DNA of 58,498 bases, counting the filler, from Dugesia japonica (taxonomy: Eukaryota): NCBI GenBank assembly GCA_001938525.1. It is 6 parts of 6 records of this genome, joined end to end, with 100 filler letters (N's around TTAATTAATTAA, not from the genome) between each part and the next. Parts side by side here need not be neighbours in the genome. Positions count along the whole stretch, not along the records: positions 48,764 to 58,498 come from MQRL01629209.1; 5 more parts are not named here. One strand, 5' to 3'. The notes beneath the pieces were generated by a model. The model did not search any database, was not told the DNA's origin, and saw only the letters and a list, made by a program, of their open reading frames with translations. The position numbers and the translations under genes were made by a program. Below, piece by piece: positions 48,764-58,498 of the stretch. Every line of letters begins with the position of its first letter. Position 1 is the stretch's first letter.

Positions 48764-49794
48764 AACATTGAAATTAAATTTTATTTAAAGAAAAATTAAT
48801 AATTTAAATAAACCAATAAAGTTTTAATAAAATATTAACAATTTTGTATTAATGTTCTCATGTCGTTTAAATCTATCAAAAAGTCATCATATATTCCTGA
48901 AAAAGACAATTGTCGAAAAATTGAATATGTATAAAACAACAATTTAATTTAATCGAAGCTATTACTTTATTTAATGAAATTTCAAATGCGATCAATGGTT
49001 AAGTCCAACAATTATTCTTGGAATAATTGCAATTATAAAATTTACATTAATTTAACAACTACATTTAATAGAATAACACATTCTTCGGATGAATGTATTT
49101 GTAAGTTTGCACGAATAGATAATAAAATATTTTTTCATAAAACGGAGAAGAAATGCATAATATTGTTAAAATAAGCAAAATAATTATTATTAAACACCGT
49201 AATAACAAATACTATCAATTTATTAAAATCGCAAAATTTTCATTTACAAAAATTAACAGAAATATGTTAATTTTTTATTTCATTTAATTTCAGAAAAATA
49301 TAAAATTTGACGATAACTTTTTATCACAGATAACTTATCAAATGAACATATTTTAACGACTAATGAAATGAAATTTTATACCCTTTCTGACCGTAATAAG
49401 TTAATTTAATCCATTAATATAAAAAATATGTTCTTTAAGAGAGGCAAATATGACTCGGCTGAATTAGAATGATCACGAACCAAATAATATTGGCAACTTG
49501 ATGATAAATGTCATATTTTTTCACCAGTTATTTAATATAAAAAATTATGACATTAAATAAAATTAATTTTAATATTTTGAAAAGAATTTCTAAATATAAA
49601 AACTTTTAAAAGATGATTACAGAGATATTTTCAAAATTTCATGGCAAATTTCATGTGTATTTCAAATTGATAAAATTAATAATTCTGAGAATGTAGTCTG
49701 TGTGGAAACCATTTACTGAATCTAAACAATGTAAAATCATGTTTTATCACACATTTAGTTTATTATTGCAAAAGTACAAATATTCATTTTTATA

Positions 49795-49992
49795 CTCCCT
49801 ATGTTCCACAATAATAGTAGCAAAAGAAAATTAATATAAAACGCAACATTTATTATCAAAAAACTATAATACATTAAATAATGAATTTAAAATATTACTC
49901 CTAATTTTTATTTTATGTATTCAGATAGCTACATTAACCAATAATCCCTCTTTAAATATTCATTTGCCACTATTATTATGGGAAAGAGAGAG
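49795..49992. mobile_element. Stowaway-like Tc1/mariner MITE, 198 bp, TA TSD
   Basis: TA|CTCCCTATGTTCCACAATAATAGTAGCAAAAGA vs right-end reverse complement CTCTCTCTTTCCCATAATAATAGTGGCAAATGA, with TA outside. Confidence 0.8.
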
Positions 49993-50121
49993 TATTTTGT
50001 AATATGAAGCATTTAATTTGTTTTATCTGTTACGTAATATTTTGTGTTAATTAAATGTAAATATTGCATATTCTCATTTATATGAATTTCTTTTATCCAA
50101 ATTTTTCTCTGTTATATAAAG

Positions 50122-52487
50122 CAGTGTTTTTCAAACAGTGTTCCGCGGAACCTTGGAGTTCCGTAAAAAAAATTGGGAGTTTCGCGATAAAACCCATAGA
50201 AATTTTGTTTTTCTAAACGTTTCAGTTAGAATTTTATATAGAATAAATATATTTCAGTATTGGAGAAATTCCATAGAATTTTTTTAAATTTCAGTTTAAA
50301 AGTGTGGAAACAATTTTGTTACAATTTTCATTGAAAAAAATTCTATGAAAAATAAATACATAATTGTATACTGCTATTTTTATATTAATTCTATGACATT
50401 AATTTGTTTTATTTGTTTCTTTCAGACCGCAAAATATTTTGTATTTCATTAAACGTTCTCACTCCAAACTTTTAAGATTTGTATTTTTAATATATAATAA
50501 TCTTTTGTTATAAAAATTGAGGTAAGTAAAAAGATATCTACAGTTAAAAATGAATATTTTTATTTTATTAAGTTTCTAGAATTTGTTAAAAAACAATTAA
50601 AGAAATAACGGTTCCGGCTTTTAGTTGAAGTTACATCACCATATTTAATAATTCACAATTTATTACAACTATTATTTATTTAATTAAATAAATATCATTA
50701 TGAGTGAGCAAAGTATATTAGATTTTTTTTAATAATACTGAGAATGTTAAGGAACGTTATCCATCAACAATTGCTGTAACAGCGACTCAAACTAGTGCTA
50801 CTCAAAGTGCTTAACAGAAACGGAGTGAAGAATGAATAACTAATTTAAGTGCGAACGTTTCTATTTCTCAATATAACGTCAATGTAATCTCTTTAACGGA
50901 AAATAAAAGAAAGCTTCAAAAATATAATCCTTTATGCTTAAAAAATTATGCTCACAAAAATTGACAATTGTCTATAATATGTGGTTTTTTCAGAGGTTTT
51001 GACTAATAGTGTCATGCCTTCGTCAAAACCTGAAAGAAAGGAAACATTCACAATATCAATATAAGCCAAAGGAAGTTTTTAAAAGAAAAGAAAATGAACT
51101 AAAATCTCAGAAAACAGTCATTCAACATATATCACTCAGAACTGAAAATGAGATAGCTCTCTAAGCTTCTTTTTTATATCACTTTAAATTGTGAAATCGA
51201 AAGAAAATTTCACTATTGTAGAAAAACTGATTATGGCTTACATGATCGGAGCCTGTCAAATAATGTTTGGTTATAAATTTGCAAATAAAATAAAATAGAA
51301 ACAGAAATAGAAGGACAAAAAAATTAATTTATGCATCCAGAGAATTGAAAACAACCGTTTTGATATGTTCAGCAGCTCAACGGATAAAATTATTGAAGCT
51401 GAAAATAGAAACGAATATTAAAATTCCGCTAAATTAATTATGAGTATAGTTAATCATTTAAAAATTTTTCAATCAAATTTGAGGAATATTTTCCAGTTAG
51501 CCAAGACCCAAGAACAGATATATTATGGGTTTTGGATCCATTCAATTTCACAAATACAAGGAATGCCCTATCTATAATTAAAGAAAATTTATTAGCTGAT
51601 CTTTGAAAAATATAAAAGAAAATATGTCAATTGCCAAATTTTTTATCCAAGTTAATAGTGAGTATAAATTTTTAAGTGATAAGACAATTCAAATCATTCT
51701 TCCATTTTATTCCACTTATTTATGCGATAGAGAGTTTTCAACAGTCACTTTAACCAAGAATAAACGACGAAAGAGATTGAGTTTGATATCGATTTTAAGA
51801 TTATCTTTGTTAGACTTGGATCTAGAATTAAGCATAAAATATATATTTAAAGCACAAAATGACACTATCAAATATATGTAGCTTTTGAGGAATTGGTTAT
51901 GTAATAATGTCTGAGCACTCAAATCATACACATATACAAACAGTCAATCACGCATTCACTTATTATAACATACATATATCAATTTACTTATATAATATCA
52001 ATATGAAAATATCATATTATTCTTAGTCATATCTCACAATCTGTAACAAATATTCCATAAATTTAAAAACATTTTACAAGTCAACGCAATCTCACCCTTC
52101 ACATTGATAAATTTATTAATTAATAGTTACGTTTTATTAATGTTTGTGGGTTACATGAATTAGTAATACATAGATACATAGGCTGTCTTTTAATTTTAAA
52201 TAATTTTTCATTTGCTATATTTTCTTAAATAAAAACAATTGTGTAAAATTTTATTTTCGTCCTTTTCTTTTTTTACAGTTTTTTTAATAAATTTCTGACA
52301 TACTATGAAAGTTCGTGAAAATGAAAGTTTTTCTATCTTAAAATTGGCTATTATCTAATCTATAAATACGCCAAATAAGGGGATGTCGATAAAAACTCTT
52401 TTGGTAATAAATATTTTTGATAGGGTTTCGCGAAAACCAAAATAAATTAATAGGTTTCCGTTATGCCAAAATGTTTGAGAAACACTA
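50122..52487 (+). mobile_element. Internally deleted hAT-Charlie/Buster element (~2.37 kb)
   Basis: Ends CAGTGTTTTTCAAACAGTGTTCCGCGGAACC and TGTTTGAGAAACACT. Transposase remnants FTIVEKLIMAYMIGACQIMFG and EYKFLSDKTIQIILPFYSTYLCDREFS...KNKRRKRL. Confidence 0.85.
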
Positions 52488-52988
52488 AAGTCATTAATAA
52501 TTTTCTTTTATTTATGTTAGGAGAGTTTGGAAAACTCATCGAATCATTAACATCAGAATTCAACTCCATAAATTTATTTAAATAAAAACTATAACTACAC
52601 TAATTGTATTTTTAAACAAATTAAATTCCTGTTTTAAATTGGTGAATGTTTCTTAAGAATTTTTTAAAATCTATTTTAAGTCATTTGATTTTTTAAATCA
52701 GATTTTAAAATAAATTTTCAATTTATTTATTAAAACTTTTTATTAAAACATAAGATGTTTTATTCAGATTTTTAAAATAAATTTTCATTTTACTTATTAC
52801 AATTTAATTTCAGAATTTAAAACAATTACTTATTAGTCATTTAATTTTTCATTTCAATTTAAATCTTTTTCAAAAAAGATTTCAAGAAAAACGATCACGA
52901 ACCACACAAATATTTCAACTCGCTTAAAACATACTCACAGTTTATATTGATAAAAATGTGATTATGCAAATGTTTTGATTATCTAAAT

Positions 52989-54790
<1,802 letters not shown>

Positions 54791-55735
54791 ATCTAAATTA
54801 AAAATTAAAGAATTCATATAATCAAAAACTATCTATTTATATCATTATTTCATTGAATTATGGGAAATATTAATTTCTGCATAGTAATATAGAATTTTTA
54901 TTATATTTAATTTTAAAACAATTTGGATATATTCGTTGTATCATTCCATTATAAACGAATAATTAAAATACAGAAAACATACCTAAATAAATAATTTAAA
55001 AACAACTCCATGAAGGAAAGAATTGTACTAACATAAAATTGAAATTTTATATTAAATTCAAAGNNNNGTATTGACACAAAAAAGAATAACGATGAACTAT
55101 AGAGCAACTGAGGGAGTAATAATAAATAAAAAGTAAAATCAAGCTATAATTATGTAATTAATTATAAATAAAATATTTAAAATTATTAGGCGTATCTCAT
55201 AGACAAAATGAAGTAATTAGCTAATAATAGTACTTTTGTAATCGGCACCTAAATAGAATTACATAATACAAAACAATAGTGTCATCTCAATTATTTATTC
55301 GATTATTAATCAAATATATTAATAGATTGTATTAGCCAAACTGAGTTTATTTACCATATAAATTAATAAAATACGAAATTTTCAGTGATATTTCCACAAC
55401 AAATAATGTCATAATCATTAATAAAACATGCATTGCTGTGGAAATAAAAAATCATTATAAATGATTCTTTAAGAGAGGCAAATATGACTCAGCTTTGAAA
55501 AAATGGTATTAGATTGCATTTAAAACATTTTTCAAAGCTGCATTTTAGCCATTAATTAAAAATAAATAAAATTAAAATTAGCAAATAAATCATATAAATC
55601 TCATCAAGCGTGATAAAATTCAGATATCACCATAAAAAAGTTAATTATCAAATTCATAATTTCACGCATGCAATTGTTGATGACAACATATTCAAAATAT
55701 GTTCATTTATTTGTCAAAAAACAATAATTATTATA

Positions 55736-56780
55736 TTAAGGTAGTCGGAAAGTCTTTAGACTATTTATTAGTAACTTTATTTTGGTCAATTATATAGTTT
55801 CATTAATAAATTTTTAACGTTTAACTGGTTTAAAAAATTTTAAAATGGTCGATTTGATCTTGATGACCAACCACGTACNGGACGTCCGTTATCGATTGAT
55901 CCCGAAGTTATACATCAAGCTGCAGAAACCAAACCCATTATAAGTCAAGATGACTTTCAGGAGAACTCAATTTGCCCAAAACAACGGTCCATGATCATTT
56001 GCATAGGCTGAAAAAAGTCAACAAAAGATGTAGGGAAATTCATCATGAACTAACCTATAAACAACAAAAAAGAAGGATCGAAATTTGTCAAAAACCTCTT
56101 ACAAAACCCATGTGATGAACGGTTTTTTAAACGAATCATCACTTGCGATGAAATATTGATTTATTTTAGCAACTATAACAGGCAAAATCAGTGACTCGAT
56201 CCAAATCATCAAGCTCTTGCTGTACTATGAAAAGAAAGGTTCTTCTCATCGTATGGTAGAATTACGAGGGAATAGTCTATTTCGAGCTTCTTCCAAGCGG
56301 ACAAACCAATAATGCTGAACTCAATTCCATGCAATTAGAACATGTACATGAAGCTTTGAGTTCCTGTTATCATTCCTTAGTCAATCGTAGATGCGTTATT
56401 CTTCAACAGGATAATCCCAAACCGCATACTTCGAAGGTAACGCACCAAAAGATTGAAGAGCTACAGTATGATCTTCTACCTCATCCAGCCTACGGTCCAG
56501 ACTTAGCGTCTTCAGATTACCACTTTTTCAGGTCAATGACACATTCTCTACGGGGACGCTTCTTTGCTTCAGTGGACGAGGTAGAAAATGCCTGCCGAGA
56601 ATTTTTCGATTTCAAAGAAAGTGCATGGTACGCCAGAAGAATCTATCTGCTTGCAGAAATATGGCAGAAGACTATTGAGCATAATGGTCTGTATTTTAAA
56701 GAATAAAATTTTGTTTAATGTATTTTATTAAGTTTTTATATTTTGTTTTAATTAGTCTAAAGACTTTCCGACCACCCTAA
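55736..56780 (+). mobile_element. mariner (DD34D) element, 1045 bp, TA TSD, 5' part of transposase deleted
   Basis: 28-bp TIRs TTA(A/G)GGT(A/G)GTCGGAAAGTCTTTAGACTA with TA on both sides. RIITCDE; QQDNPKPH...HPAYGPDLASSD with 34 residues between the two Asp. Confidence 0.96.
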
Positions 56781-57180
56781 TATTATCAGATTTATAACAT
56801 GTCTACTTTAACATTATAATTGAATATTTAGAAATTTATCAGGAACAACTTTAGATTGAATAATTTGTGTTAATAAATTAAATATTCTATGCAGCGTATG
56901 TAGTAATTATTAAATTAATTTGTTGAAATAGAGACAATTATTCTTCTAATAAATCGGGCTTTTCTTTTCAGAAATTTCAATTGGTATTAATAGATATAAA
57001 ATCTACTGTTTTAATTATACCAATTATACAATATTAACTGACCAAACTAATACAAATACTTCCATTTATGTTTTTAAACTATTTTAAATTAACATAATTT
57101 ATTTTTAAATACAATTTCCTGGGTTTTCTAATTCTTGCTAAGTAAAAATCATCGGATCATCTTTTTTTTGACCAAGTTGT

Positions 57181-57260
57181 TCAAATTAAAAACATGATAT
57201 AATGGATTGCTCAAAATAAAAACATGATGTATTGGATTGATCAAATTAAAAATATAATAA
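57181..57260. repeat. 30-bp tandem repeat x ~2.5
   Basis: TCAAA(T/A)TAAAAACATGAT.TA.TGGATTG. Confidence 0.8.
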
Positions 57261-57439
57261 AAATTTAAATTAAAAAACACGATAGAAAATCTATAAATTT
57301 ATTAAACAAAAAATTGCTTGAGGACTTTTCATTTGGTAGATATAATCTTATTTTGCTCTTTGCGCACTGTTGGTGTATCTGTTTTTTTACCATTTTGTAA
57401 GTTATACTAAGACAAGAAATAATACACTTTACAATAAAA

Positions 57440-57610
57440 TATTTTTACAATTACAATTATTGCGAGAATAATTGTTGGATGTAACCATTGTTCATTTTTG
57501 AAATTTCATTAAAATAAAATCTTTGATCAAATCATTTTTGTTTTTAATATTACTTCGACTTTGTCTTCGTCGGGAATTGACTTTTGGCCTGACGAAAATT
57601 CAAAATAANN
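57440..57610 (-). repeat. Fragment of the same Charlie family as 52989-54790 and 47886-48400
   Basis: ATTACAATTATTG.GAGAATAATTGTTGGA.TAACCATTG...ATTTCATTAAAATAA matches ~54505-54575. Confidence 0.7.
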
Positions 57611-58498
57611 NNNNNNNNNNNNNNNNNNNNNNNNNNNNNNNNNNNNNNNNNNNNNNNNNNNNNNNNNNNNNNNNNNNNNNNNNNNNNNNNNNNNNNNNNN
57701 NNNNNNNNNNNNNNNNNNNNNNNNNNNNNNNNNNNNNNNNNNNNNNNNNNNNNNNNNNNNNNNNNNNATAGTGTTAAAACAAAAGAAATAATTGATAAAT
57801 TTATTATTAGCAAAAGTTGAAACAATTAAAAACTTCAGAGATTTTCCCAAAAAAATGAAATTTTTTACAAATAACTATGACTAAAATATTTTTGAACAAT
57901 TTTTTTCTTTGAGCAATAATAATTTTATTATTATTTTTATTTTTTTTTTATTTATTCGAAGTATTAATACAATTTGTAATTATGTTATGATTTTTTAAAA
58001 TATTAATAATTAATAATTTTATTTATTAATTAAGCCTTTAGGAAATAGTTTGAATAAATGAAAGGCCATTTTTAACAAACTAAATTGTATAACTATTAAA
58101 TTTAAATTATTTATCTAAGATAGTTTTTTAAAGCCGATTTGAATTTTTTGTGTTCTGAGCAGAATTTATTGAAATCAGTTTTTTTTAATATTTAAATTTT
58201 TATTATAAACATAATTTATAAATAAATAAATTATCATTTTCATTTTTTATAAAAATAACTAAATATGTATTGAGCTTTTTTGAATTTTGTTAATATTCTT
58301 AAAATTTTCAAATTTCGNNNNNNNNNNNNNNNNNNNNNNNNNNNNNNNNNNNNNNNTTAAAATTTTAAATAAAATAAAAGAAATTATATAAAATTTTAAA
58401 TTAAATAGAGAATAAAATATTATGAGTGAAATGTGTTTTTTTACTGTATAATAAAATTTGACATTAATAAAATTTTAAATTGGAATATTTTACAAAAT

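Overview
AT-rich eukaryotic DNA, most likely from a triclad flatworm (planarian). That call rests on a 5S rRNA-derived sequence at 45.7 kb, compared from memory, and on very short GT-AG introns. The window is not one locus: five identical 100-nt spacers (44 N + TTAATTAATTAA + 44 N, which puts stops in all six frames) join six separate ~9-12 kb contigs. Almost all recognisable content is decayed mobile DNA: several hAT elements (zf-BED, Tip100/ZMYM-like, Charlie/Buster, one with a perfect 8-bp TSD), piggyBac elements with TTAA ends, a DD34D mariner, a Stowaway-like MITE and three broken Ty3/Gypsy retrotransposons. The highlight is remnants of two different endogenous Polinton/Maverick (adintovirus-like) dsDNA viruses. 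(A) 12.7-18.4 kb carries a zinc-finger-led protein-primed DNA polymerase B, convergent with a YPDL-bearing membrane protein, a fibre-like gene and an adenain-type protease. (B) 34.5-39.3 kb carries an F54H12.2-type major capsid gene, small accessory genes (including a candidate BH3-motif tail-anchored protein) and a CCAAT/E2F-rich non-coding module. That module recurs, including an exact 34-bp match, at 4.2-6.5 kb on another contig. One probable host gene 3' end (three in-frame exons, 20.1-21.3 kb) is visible. No long viral or transposon gene is intact, and family assignments rest on motif recognition without database searches.
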